DNA from: Camelus ferus
Taxonomy: Eukaryota
Length of the DNA stretch: 64,000 nt
Direction: 5' to 3'
NCBI RefSeq assembly: GCF_009834535.1
Contig: NC_045697.1
Coordinates: 110,858,001-110,922,000 of the forward strand
Of this stretch, positions 42,531 through 56,069 are shown in pieces; the stretch's first letter is position 1; each line of letters begins with the position of its first letter. The notes beneath the pieces were generated by a model. It had not been told where the DNA came from, did no database searches, and was given only the letters and a program-made list of their open reading frames with translations. A program made the translations under genes and the position numbers.

Positions 42531-42937
42531 AATGACACAAATGTACAAATGGCAATACTTATGAAGGGAACAAATTTAACTTGCTACCAAGACCTGCATG
42601 CAAGAGTGCCAGGCCATGAAATTGGTTTCAATCACAGTGCGACCAATTATGAATTGTGTGACCTTTGGCAAATTTATCTAATCTAACCTTTCAGAGTAGA
42701 ATGATAACCTAAACTATAATTCTGAAGAGATACTTGTCTTTTATTGTCATTAACCAATATATATTCTTAGCCAAATATCCAAGAACAGGACAGGGCAAGC
42801 ATAAAATTTTAACTCATTAAGGTCTCCTTGCCTTGGCTTCCTAGTTGATTCACAAAGACTAGTCTACTCAACTGAAACTAATATAAAACATTTAAAGGAA
42901 TTAGAGGATTACTTTTAATCGGGTAATTCAGAAAGCA

Positions 42938-43259
42938 CAATTGACCCCTGAATAACGTTGGAGCTAGGGGTGCCATGCTGGTGCAGCTGAAAAACTGTAC
43001 CTTCTATCTCTGCCTCAGAAGCAAAGAAACTGATAAATGACTCATCCAAGGTGGGGAGGCTGAAACAGTTGGAAAGATTCACCACTCAAACCCTAGTTCT
43101 TTTGATTCTGTATATTGTGATCTCTAATCAAACAAAAACTTTCACCCGCACTTAGTTAAAGATCTGTAAAATGAAAATAAAGGGTACTCTGCTTATTTTT
43201 TTTTCAATCCACATAAAAGTGGGCCTCAGTCGAACTTGTGTTGTTCAAAGGGTCAACTG
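42938..43259. mobile_element. Tigger2/MER8-type TcMar MITE, about 320 bp
   Basis: Terminal inverted repeats caattgacccctgaataac ... gttgttcaaagggtcaactg, followed by TA (43260-43261). Confidence 0.8.
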
Positions 43260-43279
43260 TACCAAGATAAAAACTTTTG

Positions 43280-43652
43280 GGGGAGATGGCCAAGATGGCA
43301 GCGTAGAAGGACTTGTGGCTCACCCGCTCTCATGAATACCTCAAAACTACATCTAAATAAGGAACAACTCTCACAGAATACATACTGAACTTTGGCAGAC
43401 TATCTCTTACAATCAGAAATACAAAGAAAATCTTCTCAAAGCTGGGTAGGAAAAAAGAAAAAAAGAAAATTGGGGTGGGACCTATCCCTTGTGGAGGGAA
43501 CAGCAAAGGAGGAACAGTGCCCTCCCCTGGGAAGCTCGCTGCCCAGTGGGGAGGTCCACTGGGACAGAAAGGGAACAGCGCCCTCCCCTGGGAGAAGCTC
43601 CTCCCACTGGGACAGAAAGGGAACTACAGAGGCTTGGAGGAGAAAACAGTGA
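43280..43652 (+). mobile_element. L1 5'-UTR-only insert, about 370 bp, with a 13-bp TSD
   Basis: Starts ggggagatggccaagatggcagcgtagaaggac...gctcacc, like the L1 5' ends at 7615 and 8950. ATAAAAACTTTTG at 43267-43279 and 43653-43665. Confidence 0.75.
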
Positions 43653-44916
43653 ATAAAAACTTTTGTCAGAAAGACAGAAAACACTGAGAATAGTGACAAC
43701 TTCTTTTTAATTATATCAGTAATTTCCCAAATAAAATATATAAGCTGTATATTGAAAATATATTATGTAAACAAAAATCAGTTGATATAAACAGATAACT
43801 GACTAACTGAAACAAACCACGTAACAACCACTGGACCAAATTTAAAACATACCCAGTAGATTCTACGTACTCGCTCTAGTTGAGTTCTTAAATAAAGTCA
43901 CTGAAAATACTGAGTTTGTGAATACTGATTCATAGCTCATAGGGAAATACATGGTTGGGTTCTGAACCCCTGGCCACAGAATTTTTGTCAGCCAATCAAC
44001 ACTTAAGCTTGTTTTATGTGTGTTTCTACTTAAAGACACCTTCACACAGTGGACAGCGTCCTCTACTGCCTTCTGATCACTTGGGCAGTGAATAGGCCTT
44101 CTGATCAGTAAGGGAATAATCTCCAGTTATGGCATCGGCATCTCTTAAGTCCTACCTGAACCTACTGCCATCACCTCATCATTCCTTTCCACTTCACTTT
44201 GGGATCTCAGTTTCTAGCCCGATTCTATTGTTTAAACACACTCAGCAGTTCCTGACGAAGTCCCACAGCTCTTGGCTTCTAATCCCTTACTCAGCTCTCC
44301 CCACCACACATAAAATGACTCATGAGCCAGTGCGGCGGTCCTGGACACAGACTTCTGACTGGCCTTTGGTTTATTCTGCCCTCATCTAATAATGTAATGT
44401 TGGTGCTGACCTCTCTCTCAATAATTATTTTTGATGAAGACAAAAGCTCCTAAGAATATTTAAATCTCTATTTCTGATATAAACAATTGTCTGCATAAGG
44501 GTAAAAAGCTGAAAAAATGGATTTCCCTCAGCAACAAAAGACAATCTACCTTTTAACCTCTTAGTTTACGAGAGAAATAAAAGTTCTATTATTTAATGGA
44601 CCCTTCAAGCATTCTTTGTGAAAGAAGCCCCTGGGCATTTGTCAAAAGAAACTGTTGTCAGGACTTCAAACACTCTAATTCAACAAGCACAGATCATGTA
44701 AACGCACTTTAATCTTCTTGCAAATGTCTGCAGTCAGAGGAAAGAAGAAAAAAATCCCTCCTTGCTCTTGATGTTAACATTTTATAGGCAATCCGTTGCT
44801 TCTTCACTGATTAAAAAGCTGCTTCTCTAGTTCTTTGCTTCTTTAATGAGGATCCCCTTAAATGTATTGTCATTTATGGAGGATGTGCCCTGGGAAGGCT
44901 GCCTGAGGGACTTTAC

Positions 44917-45062
44917 CTCAAAGGCCTGGAAGGTCAGCCCCACGTAGCAGCCTTCTGTCACTGTGATCTTCCACACACATTCTTTCATCGGCCTGTAGTC
45001 ATCAGGGTAGTTAGGAGACTGAATCTGTCCTTCATTTTTACGTATCTCACCTCCACAGATAG
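44917..45062 (-). CDS. TLL1: TLL1 exon 12, 146 bp, CUB2 first part: (A)[48 protein letters not shown]
   Basis: Lies within ORF 44827..45264(-). Acceptor ttcctcAG, donor GAG|GTAAAG. Phase 1 to 0. Confidence 0.97.
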
Positions 45063-46257
45063 CTGAGGAAAGCAAAATGAAACAAATAAATAAACCTAGA
45101 CATGCCATTGCATTTTCACTTTCTTCTAAGAGAACATTTGAGTTCCATGCCTGTAGCTGAGTACCTACAGACCAGGTTAGAAACATCAAGGTTGGCTGCT
45201 TATATTTAGTTGGCAAAAAAAAAAAAACCCAAAACAAAACAAAAAAACTCCAAAACCTGGCCACTCAACTATAAATATTAGATAATAGTCAGTAGAGGAG
45301 TAATCACTGTTAATCCACATTTTTATAAAAACAAGCTTTTTTTTTTTAACTTTTAAAAAACTTTTTGAGATTTTGTCAATTTCTTCTATGTGAGTTTGTG
45401 CTGTGATTCCCCGAATTGCTTCTTTTGGTCTTTCAACCTCAGGTGAAACTGCTGTGCAGAACTCCCTGGGCCCCTGGGCCCCTGGCCCTGAGCAGACCTT
45501 GTGCTCAACACCTCTGGCTCCTTCCAATCCAGCTTCTTCACTGCCACCCCAGTTAATCTCGGAAATAAACGCTTCTGTTCTCTTAAAAGTCTAAGGGAAG
45601 CAGAAATCTTCCATCTTCTAAATTATCTTAATTTAGATAAGATAAATTAAATTATCTAGGCAGAGGCAGGAGCAAGAAAGGGTCTTCTCCACCCATGACC
45701 TGGCAAGAAGGGAGTGGTTTTGAAAGCCAGGAAACACAATGCCAGTTTATTGTTTAAAAGACGTATAGAGCAAAGTCTCTAGGAAATTCTTCTTGAATGC
45801 TGACTCTTTCATTTAGACAAAGAAAGCTCCAGAACTGTGCAGTTTTTGTAAAAGAGCATTTCAGTAGTACAGTCATCCAATACACACCAACTCAGTCAAG
45901 AGAAGTGGCTATTTCTTCATAATATTTTAATATTATCGTGAAAAAACAGCCAAAATCTAAGAACTCTTGTACCATTTGTTGCCGTTTCCCACACATCCCT
46001 GATGAGTTGGTTTTTTTCCCCCACACTTCCCTGATGAGTCCATTTATATGTTACTACATTACTGGTACCAGAAGACAGGCTGTTCTTGCAATTTAAATTT
46101 ACCGAGGATTTTCATTAAAATCATCCTGCTAATAAACATTATAATACAGGCTTAGAAAACTTCATAATTAAGATACAGTAAGAAGATCATTCTAATGACA
46201 TTGAGAGAAAGGACACTTTTGTTAAGAGATCTAAGGGGAAGTCATCTCTCAAACTCA

Positions 46258-46416
<159 letters not shown>

Positions 46417-46594
46417 CTAAATATGGCTCTATATTCTCATTGCTTTCCACTTGGCTACAAACTAAACATGTAAAACCTGATTTGGTTCCTAGCTCTACCC
46501 TCAGTACTAGAGCCATAACCAAATGTGTATTACCAAAACACATCGCCATGACATGACCAAAAGAGAAAAAGTTGTAACAGGTATATGAATGGCC

Positions 46595-46712
46595 AGGGAG
46601 TCTGTTAAAATGCAGCCTCTGGTTCAGACAGTCTGGGGTGGGACCTGAATTTGTATATTTCTAGCCTTCCAAGTGATTCTGGTGCTGCCGGTGGGAAGGC
46701 TACATTCTGAGT
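46595..46712. mobile_element. MER5A fragment
   Basis: tgttaaaatgcagcctctggttcagacagtctggggtgggacctg...ccaagtgattctggtgctgc. Confidence 0.75.
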
Positions 46713-47790
46713 TTCAGAGGAAATAGTGGGGCAAGTGTCCCACATGAACACTGTGGTCAGACTGAGCCAGTCTGGCTGGCGGTATTCCCCGCAGCAGGTG
46801 ACGCTGATAGAGCTCTCAAGAAGAGTTCTCAACATGTCAGCTTCAGATTTCTTTTTCAATGTGAGTCTAATGAAATGTTCTCTTTGGAACATACATACAT
46901 ACATATATTACAAATTGCTTCATCTAGACAACGAAACTAAATGTTCAAGACAGTGTTTTCCTCAACCTGACTTATCAAATTAATTCAGATCTTTATTTTT
47001 CCTTATTTTTAAGCATTTCTAGAGATCTCTTGGACTTATTAAGGCTGCTGTCACCTTTAATACAACAGTGTTCATTCAGCAGGTTTTAGATGTTAAGAAA
47101 AAAAAGATCTGTATGACACATAAACGCAACTGGCCAAAGCTACTTCGAAAATAAAGGAAAAGTTACAGTCTCAAAAAATAAAAACCAGTAGAGTAGATGT
47201 TCACACACTCACAGTAGCTCTCACCTTTAAGTAAAACCGAGGGCAACAGTAAAGTGCCTCACACCAGCTAATGGTGTGGTCTGTGGTCACCTGTTGGCAG
47301 CCGACTTTTGTGAGCACCAAACCTGAGCTACAGTTTATGGCACAAACTACAACCGCAGCTTCTCAGCCGCAAAAACCTGTCTGAGAAGCAATACTGTGAC
47401 ATCTTCAGTAAGAGCCAACATCCTCGGTGTAGGAAGCCAGAGACTGAACATGTTCCTAATAGCTCATGCTCTACTGCCTTGGCCAACAAAGCAAAATAAA
47501 ACATAACACGCACACGCAATTTATCTGGTCTTCTCATTAAAAGTCTGATCTATAAATTAAAAACACAGATACAGGCGATGAGTAGTCACTAAAAGCTCTC
47601 TACATGTGAAAGCTATTCTAAATCATTATGTTCAGATACGAGCACCACCTCATAATTTAAGCTAGTTTAAATCAATCATCTATTTATCTACCTGTATTTT
47701 TGCTGTGTTTGGAAAAAAGTATAATACAAATGAAAATGTTAGTCTCATACATTTTAAACTCTGAGATGACTCTTGAAAGAACTGTCTTCA

Positions 47791-47944
<154 letters not shown>

Positions 47945-50900
47945 CTGCAAAATGGAACAACAGAACACACAGATTAAAAGTGACTGCAACTTCACGTGGG
48001 TGATCTGATTCCTGGAGGCTAGGAACCCGGGACTACTGTGAAAATGGGATTCACAGCAAATTCTTTTTATTTTCTTCCTATATTAGTCTCTCTCTAGTGT
48101 TTTTTCTTAACAAACATCACAAAAATCCCATTTTCTCATTCACATGAATGTTTAACAATATGGAAGCACAATGTCAATAAGCAAACTAAATATTTTAGCA
48201 ATTAAACCAAAGTTTCTGTAAAGTTAATTTGCATAATTGTGAAACAAACAGAAATCTTTATTCAAATAGCTTATTTTGAATTTTCTTAGATAAATATTAC
48301 TTTAAACCATGAAAACTCTGACTTTGCCATGAATTTCTACTTTTTAATAATTTATTTCAGACATCAATAATTATGTTAAAAATAACCGCCATGTGCCATC
48401 TTCTAAGAACATAATATCGTTGTGTATGTTGAAATGTTTTAAATACAGCTCTAGAATTCAAATTTGTTCATGTAACTGTAATCAAAGACAGATGTCACTA
48501 TGCTTCTCTAGATCCAAGAATATATATTTAAAGAACTTTCAAGTTAGAAGATCTTGTACATGAGCCTTTATTCTGTACTTTGTTTTGAAATGGTGCTAAT
48601 TTTTAAAATAATTCAAGAACAACTTTAGGAAAGACAATTTTCTTACTGCTTTAAAAAAAGACTCTACTTTCCAAATCATTAACTATTTTTCCCTTAATTA
48701 CACCAAAAGTAGAGTCAGCCTAAGAAATGCATGTATCTGATGAGGTAAAATTCATTTGGAAAATATTTTTATACTCAGAAAGTTATTCTAACTCTATTCT
48801 GCTTAAAATATCTAAGATACTTATGGTGTATAGTGAACCTCTTCTTTACTTCAGAAACAGAAATGGACTTTGGCCAAAAGCAACAAATTATGAATATTTG
48901 AAATACTTCTAATATAAAACTGTAGTTTGTAACACTATTTAAATAATCCGTTTGTGACAATATAAAAAAAAAACTGAATTTTAGAGGCTTCTCAAAGAAT
49001 GAAAAAAAAGCAAAAAATATATAATCAATCAATCTTGAAACCATACTTCCTAAAATTACTACCATTTTTGTGTTAGAAAACATATACTTCTCCCATTTCT
49101 TGAGCACAATATTTAACAGAAAGGTAAGTAGTAACAGAAAGGCAAACCAATCCTTACCTAACTGACTTCTTCCTAAAGTGAAAATACAGCATAACAATAA
49201 ACATTTCTCATGGCATCTTATATTTCAGCACCACAATTTTCATTGATAAAATTATACATGCAGTTGGTTTTAATTGCCAGTATAAATAATCATTTCACAG
49301 AGATAGAAACTAAGAATTTGTCTAGCTATAATGAAATTCACTTATAGTTTATAATGGTGTTAACATTTCACCGTTAAATTTAACATTTATCAGTTTCTCT
49401 AAACATGTACTTTCTTGATTATAAAAGGGTGGAATCTGTTAAGGATGTGAGAATAGAGACATGCTGCTTTTTAAAATGTAATACAGTAGGCGTGGCATAA
49501 TTTGGTTTAATAAAACTTCTCATTTATTTCTGTCTACATTATTACAGTTTTTCTTATTCCTTCATTTTTCTTTTCCTTCACCTGATTTTATCATGTTAAA
49601 TATTCTAAAAGTGTTACAAAAATTTCCAAAATATCAAAAGACAAAAGACTAATCCTTTTTTTCCCTGTCTTTTCCAAGAATCCTCAAAACTTGATTATGA
49701 AAATGCATGGATTCTAAGCTATCTTCCTGAAGTTCCCAATATGTTTGCTTCTCTATCTTTGAATAACAATGCAAACATCAAGTTATTCTTAGGACATAAG
49801 TGGGAGATAATTTCTGGTTCACCCTTAGCTTTGTATTTAAGTCTGCTGCAAATAAGGAATGCTACCACTGTCTGATATTAAGCTTCAGTCTGCATTTGTA
49901 GTCTCCCTACAGCAACCACTGGGGTTTCAACTCTGTATGATCATATGGGAACTCATTTATTATAACAGAGATGGCAAAACTGGAAGACAGACACAAACAG
50001 TAGACCCTAAGGCTCATTTGTGGCTTTCCTCTGAGATTTAAAGGTGCTTTTTTTTTTTTTTTATAATCGTATGCAGAGTTTCAACTTCCTTCTGGAGAAG
50101 GAAAAAAATCAGCTAAATTGGAAGGATGTGTATCATCAAAATTTATTCAAAATTGAAACACTGTGGTTGGATTGCTAACAAATAGTTAATTTTTGAATCT
50201 TGGAACACACACACACACACAGTTGGAAGGAGGGGTGTAAATCTAAACAGCACAGTTTCCTATCTTGTTTTTAATCTTCTATTTTAAACTCCAAGCACTG
50301 TGGAAGAACAAAACTGGCCCACTTTAATATAAAACACAGAGTCCTTTAGAAGCAGAAAATGTAATAAAGATAGGTTTTCTAAAATCAAATCTTAGGGCTC
50401 TGATGTAGATGAAAAATGTTGGCCTTTGACTAAGGTTACTAGCAGAATTCATACTTGAATTACAAATCAAAAGCATTTGAAAAATATCTGGTTGTTTCCT
50501 ATTATGCTATTTTATGTAAATGCGTTGCATCTTTTCTTTTTTTTTTAAATGATGAAATAAAAACTATCTAGCACAATTATGTAAATGTTTTATTTCTTAT
50601 GGTTAAGTATCGATTTACCATTTATCAATTGAAAATTTATCATAGTTCCCTCGAAACATGGGATTGAGGGAGTTACAAAGAACAAGTCTAAGATTTCCAT
50701 TGATCTGTTAGGAGCCTTGGTTGCTAGTCTGCAACTTTTAATTGATACAACTGCTGTGGATTTTGCTCTTTAAAGATTTTGTTTTACAATCCTGCAGAGC
50801 GAAGAATCTTGAAGAAAGGCAGATCAACAGTCAAGGGACCAGATGTCTGGAAGTCTCCAGAGAAAGATGTAATCACTGAACTTCTGTCAGCACAATTAAG

Positions 50901-51168
50901 ACATTATTGACTAACCAAATTAATTTCATGAACACCATCAAAAGACCAATTCGAATAATATACAGTTACAGTGCTGGGGACGGGGAAGATACAAATCTTG
51001 TCAATTAGGCTGATACTAGTAAATAGTTCTTTAGAAAGAGATATTAGAATCAAAAGCAGTAAAATAAAATAGATGTCTGGGCTCCAGCCAGAAGTAGCTT
51101 GGACAAGTCTAATAAACTCTCTGTGGAGTCAACAGTTTTCTTCTCAGAAATCAGAGTAGGGGCAAGAT

Positions 51169-51375
51169 CAGGGCTCAGTAAACTCTTCCCCATGGGTCAC
51201 ATCCAGCCTGCGGCCAGTTTTTGTAAAGAAAACTTTGTTGTACACATTCCTTTATGTACTGTCTAGGACTGCTTTAGCAATATGACAGTAGAATTGAGTA
51301 TTTGAACAAACTGTTTAGCTGGCAAAGCCAAAATATTTACTACATGTCCTCTCCAGAAAGATCGACCAACTCCTG
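51169..51375. mobile_element. MER58A MITE, apparently inserted in a MIR remnant
   Basis: cagggctcagtaaact...ttttgtaaagaaaacttt...gcaaagccaaaatatttact...ccaactcctg. Confidence 0.8.
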
Positions 51376-51467
51376 GAATAACTGATAATTAAGGTTTTGT
51401 TCAGCACTGAATTGTATCATGCTAAAGGGAACATTTGCATCTTTTTCTACAACTAGAAGCCGTTTGT

Positions 51468-51650
51468 GACTGGGAGTCAGAAAGCCTGGGTTCAAGTTCT
51501 AGCTTCTCAGTTGACTAGTTTACTTAAACTTTCTGAGTTTGAATGAATTTTCTTGCTATAAAATGGAGATCATCATTTCAGGCTGATCTGGGCAGGGTTA
51601 AATCAAAAATTTAATTGGATAATGTGTAGAAAAACACTAAAGTAATCTAA
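51468..51650 (+). mobile_element. MIR SINE
   Basis: ggagtcagaaagcctgggttcaagttctagct...ttacttaaactttctgag...tataaaatggagat. Confidence 0.75.
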
Positions 51651-52039
51651 ATACATTGTTGAGATTCTCATATATTACTATCTTCAACAGTTATAAAATG
51701 AATAAAAATTTTAACCCAATTTACTTAATGCAGCTGGGAAACATAAAAACATTAATTTTAAAGTTCCACAGGAAAATCAACATGTTAAAGAAAGGGATTC
51801 TTAATTTAAAATCTAAAGAAGAATGGACAGGTGAACTTGAGCCTCAAGTTAAGCCACTGCTTTATGATAGGCTAATTGTATGACTCGGGGATCTTAAATC
51901 CATCAGAGATTCATTATTTGACAGGTGAAAACCAGGAGCTGGATTAGGTCATGAAAATAATTTTTCTGCTTAAACTTATATATTAATATCTGGATTTTGA
52001 AGTTTCGATTTGTCACCACCAACTATTCACAGGAATATT

Positions 52040-52757
52040 TTTTCTACCTGCCTTTCTTTAATCCCCACTCCACCCTTATCTCTAATCAGTTACCAGTTTC
52101 CGTAGACACCCTGCGGTGTCGGTGAGACGCCGTCTTTCTCACTGGCCGCGTCCTCCGTGCTTCTCTGGATGAACGCAGCTGCTTCACAAGCTGTGCTTTG
52201 GTTTTCAGTCGTGTTCTTCTCCAATTCATCCTCCACGCTTTAGTGGGGATCATTTTAATCCCCACTAAAGTTGGGGTCCCATTATGACGTCGGTGGCTCT
52301 ACATCCAACTCAATATACATTTCTAAGTCTGCGCGTCAAAGATTGTGGCTCATAACCTCCCTTTGCTGCCTCACTTTCACGATCACAAAGAATCTTCATC
52401 TCGCTCACGCCTGACTCCTGCTGTTTGTCCCGACAAAGTACGCCAGTCTCAGTATTTCTTTATTCAGGGTGCACATAATGCTACCTGGGATTCCACTTCC
52501 CCCTTCCCTAGTTTTGGAAACTCTTCATATCTTTCAGGGTCTAAATTAAATGCTACCCTTTCTTCAGTTATGCTTGGATCGCCCAGTAAGGACTGAGCTC
52601 TCTTATCTCTGCAAATCCATGACGATGTATCTCGTTTTCTTCAATTTTCAGTTTGCCTACTATATTACTAGGCGTTGCCCTTGCTCTATGTTTGTGAGAT
52701 TCTTGATGGCAAAGATTTCTTTCACACACCAGAAGATGCATTTATTTTAATGAAATA
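52040..52757 (+). mobile_element. L2 3' fragment
   Basis: L2-like segments ccaattcatcctccac, atgctacctggg, tcatatctttcagggtctaaattaaatgctacc, tgtgagattcttgatggcaaaga. Confidence 0.6.
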
Positions 52758-53176
52758 AAAGATTTTTCTACAAAGTAATTGTGAAAGTTAAGCGGGCCCT
52801 TTGGCAATATAAATATTATACTATGAATTGACCCCGTATGTGTAAATCATTAGGTTCTGTGAAAAGAAAGTTTTACAGCATAAAAGTGGTCAAATGATAG
52901 CTTTTCACTGGGGCTATACAGGAAAAAAATAGAGTTAACTCTATGCACGACATAAGCAATATGCCCTTGTTAAAAGTTCAGGCAGTTCTAAGGGGTGGAA
53001 GAATCGATATTGTGGATTTCATAAGCTCAACACAGCTACGTTCTCAGAGGCACATTCTGGACCATTCCCAGCCCGTGCTGTGCACATCCAGGACAGCCTG
53101 AGACCGGACAGGACTCTGTCTTTATCTTACGGGGCTCAGTCTTAAGAAGATGTATGTGTCCATTGATAATCTTAAC

Positions 53177-54830
53177 ATTTTAAACTGTGGTTTAAAACAA
53201 ACAGAACATAAAATTTAACATTTTAATCATCTAAGCATACAGTTCTGTGGCATTAAATTGTGCAGCAACACTTTTACTTAAAAAATATTTTCCTGGCTAA
53301 CACAGTATGTGTTTATTGCAGAAAATAAAAGGAAGAAGAAATAAAAAACTATTTGTAAATCCACCAGGGAGAAATAAGCATTGTGTTCATATATATCCTT
53401 TCATAATTTTGCCTCTAACATACGTAAGTTAAAAATTAGATCTTTTCATGCTTGTGATTTTTAACCTGTTTATTAAATTTACCAAAAATTTGAATAGTCC
53501 TCTAGTTTCAGGAAATAGTCTTTTTTAAAAAAAATAACATGCGTAACAAAGGTGTCATGATATGTTTAGATAATAACTCATGTGATTATCTTCAGAGAGA
53601 TAAATTTAGTGATAATCTTATTTTATACCATGTTTCATTCCTTCTTAATAAACATGATTTGATAAGGAAATGATCAAATAAACATTTTACTTTTACATTA
53701 GCCATTATGTATCTTTTTGTAACATAGAATATTTAATCCTTAAAAAGTAAACAATCAATGTTATTTTTTGGCTTTCAAAATTTATTTTGCTTTCAATTTT
53801 TCATTATTATAAATAACGATCTTTGCACATACCCAGATAATTGCTGTAGGATAAATTTCTAGGATAAAGTGCAGGCATGTTTTGCAAAATATGACACAGA
53901 TCAACAAAGTTCTGCAGGACATTTCAATATTTACTTCCAGAAGCTGTGTACCCTCAAAATCATTTGATATTATCCTTCTATTCCTTCTTTGTTAATTTAA
54001 TAGGTGAAATACAACATATTGTTGTTGGTTCAAATCGCATTTCTTTGATAAAGAATGAGAGTAAACAAGTTCATATATTGATAAATATCTGTTTGCACTG
54101 ATACTTCAATAAATATTCTGCTTCCTTAGTCATTTTTATATGATGTCAATCTTTATTTATTAGCTTACAGCAGCTCTTCATATATGCATAATACCAAAGT
54201 TCTCTCATTCGTGCTATAATATTACACATTTTGATTTTTACATGTGTTTTTGCATTCTTATGAGAGATTTTATGTAAATAATTCCGAAAAATTATTTTAC
54301 ATTTTCTTATTTTCAACTTATGTACCCAAGACATCTTTTTCAGAATAAAAAACAAATCACTTATGTTTTCTTTAGAAAAAAAATGCCGTATGAAGTAAAA
54401 GCTTAATTGTTTTCAAAAATATTTTAAATGATTTCATTACTATTTATTGAGAAATTATTTTCACAATTTCTTTAAAAAATCATCTCTGTAGATGAGTATA
54501 TGACAAAGGTCTTCTATTCCCTTACACATAATTCTGTCCTTTTTTAGATTGTTCTACTAATCTAGAAGTCTATTTTGACATTATCATAGAATTTGAATTA
54601 GTGAAACTTCATAATGTTTTTCTTACTGTGCAATTCACTCCTTTTTATTAATTATTTTCAAGTTTGCCTTGGTGATTCCAATCCTTTTATTTTAGAAATA
54701 AACTCTAGAAATATTTGGTCTGGGTACAAAACAAAAATCTGTTAGAAATTTATTTGGAATTACATTAAAACTGTACATTAATTTTGGAAAAACTGACAAT
54801 TTATTATACATCTGACAACACAGTCAATTG
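53177..54830 (-). mobile_element. Old L1M fragments (L1MB-like terminus near 53177-53270; L1ME-like ORF2 C-terminus about 53780-54830)
   Basis: aacataaaatttaacattttaatcat...acagttctgtggcattaa; taggataaatttctagg; gcatttctttgat; ttatttggaattacattaaaactgtacattaattttgg. Confidence 0.55.
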
Positions 54831-54984
54831 ATCTGCTTTAGATCCAGAGTAAAGTCTTCAGTTCTCTAAAATCTATTACATTTTAATAGATTTTATTTGA
54901 TCACCTCTAGTCCTGTTTTCTAGTTGGTTCTTTTGAATTTCTGAGGAGGAAATAACATATCCTTCATAACTAAAAACATATAAT

Positions 54985-55170
54985 GCTTAGCTCTGCCAAA
55001 TGAAATCTGTATGATGTTAGGCAGATTACTCAATTCTTTCTTAATTTCAATTTTCTTCATATGTAAAATGTAGATAATTGTAATATTAAACTCAGTGGGG
55101 TGTAAGTAGACTAGAGAAATTTAGTACAGCATCTGGTTTAGTATAAAAAACTCAATAAAGATTAGTTTCT
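54985..55170 (+). mobile_element. MIR SINE fragment
   Basis: agctctgcca...aggcagattactcaatt...caattttcttcatatgtaaaatgtagataat. Confidence 0.65.
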
Positions 55171-55869
55171 TCTATTTATTGTCTAAATCTAGTCCTAATT
55201 CATCTTCTAGACCTAATGCATCAGATTATCATTAAGCATACATAGTGAATTGCAGTATTAACAGCACTTATAGAAAATTTTAAAGAGTTTTTATTGTGAT
55301 ACTATTATTCTCCAAATTAACAGATTTTATAACATTGAACTACTCTCAAATTACCAAATCAAAACACCTGCAATTTTATAAATTATAGCGCTTGATTTGA
55401 TTATATGTACATTAACATCCATGTGTTTATATTTGTATGTGAAGCATTTCATAATTTTTTCATATGAGTTGTGTGCATTATGCCTTTCAGAATTTTACTA
55501 GTTTTATAAAATAAACAGAGAGGCTACACATTGTTTCACAATGCACTTGAGATATATTTTATTAGATGCAAAGTATCTGAATTTTTAGTTTGGAAAAGTT
55601 TCTTTGAGAAATCACCTGAAAGTAGCATCAAGTTAAGTAACTTTTTGTCAACTTACTTTATATTGTTATTAATTTATGAATTTATCACGCTTATTATATC
55701 AGTTTTGATAGCTTGAATTTCCAGGATTCTGCATTAAGAAATGCTTCAAAAAAACCCTATTTCTGTAGGTTTTGATTTTTAACAAGTTGAATATATAGCC
55801 AATGAAACCATATTATTATGAATTCAGGTTTAAAAAAACTTAAAATGAAGTATATCATATATAAATATT

Positions 55870-55937
55870 AAGTCACTATGTTGTACACATGAAACTAATA
55901 TAATATTATAAATCAACTATACTTTAATTTAAAAAAA
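55870..55937 (+). mobile_element. Short L1 3'-terminal fragment
   Basis: tcactatgttgtacacatgaaactaatataatattataaatcaactatactttaatttaaaaaaa. Confidence 0.75.
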
Positions 55938-56069
55938 TCCACATTTCAAGCAGGAAAAATACCACCAAAACAAGCTAAATTAAAAACTAATCTAAAATAT
56001 AGGCTATAGTCAGGACAAAATGAGCTTTGATTGAAGTCTGAGAAATGAGAAGGAATACTGAATAAAAAT

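Noticed and set aside
45988..46039. Direct repeat cccacacWtccctgatgagt x2 containing CTGATGA (hammerhead core or C-box-like)
   Set aside because: No suitably placed GAAA with stems I-III and no C/D terminal stem; a simple 20-bp local duplication. The same applies to ctgatgag at ~37723.
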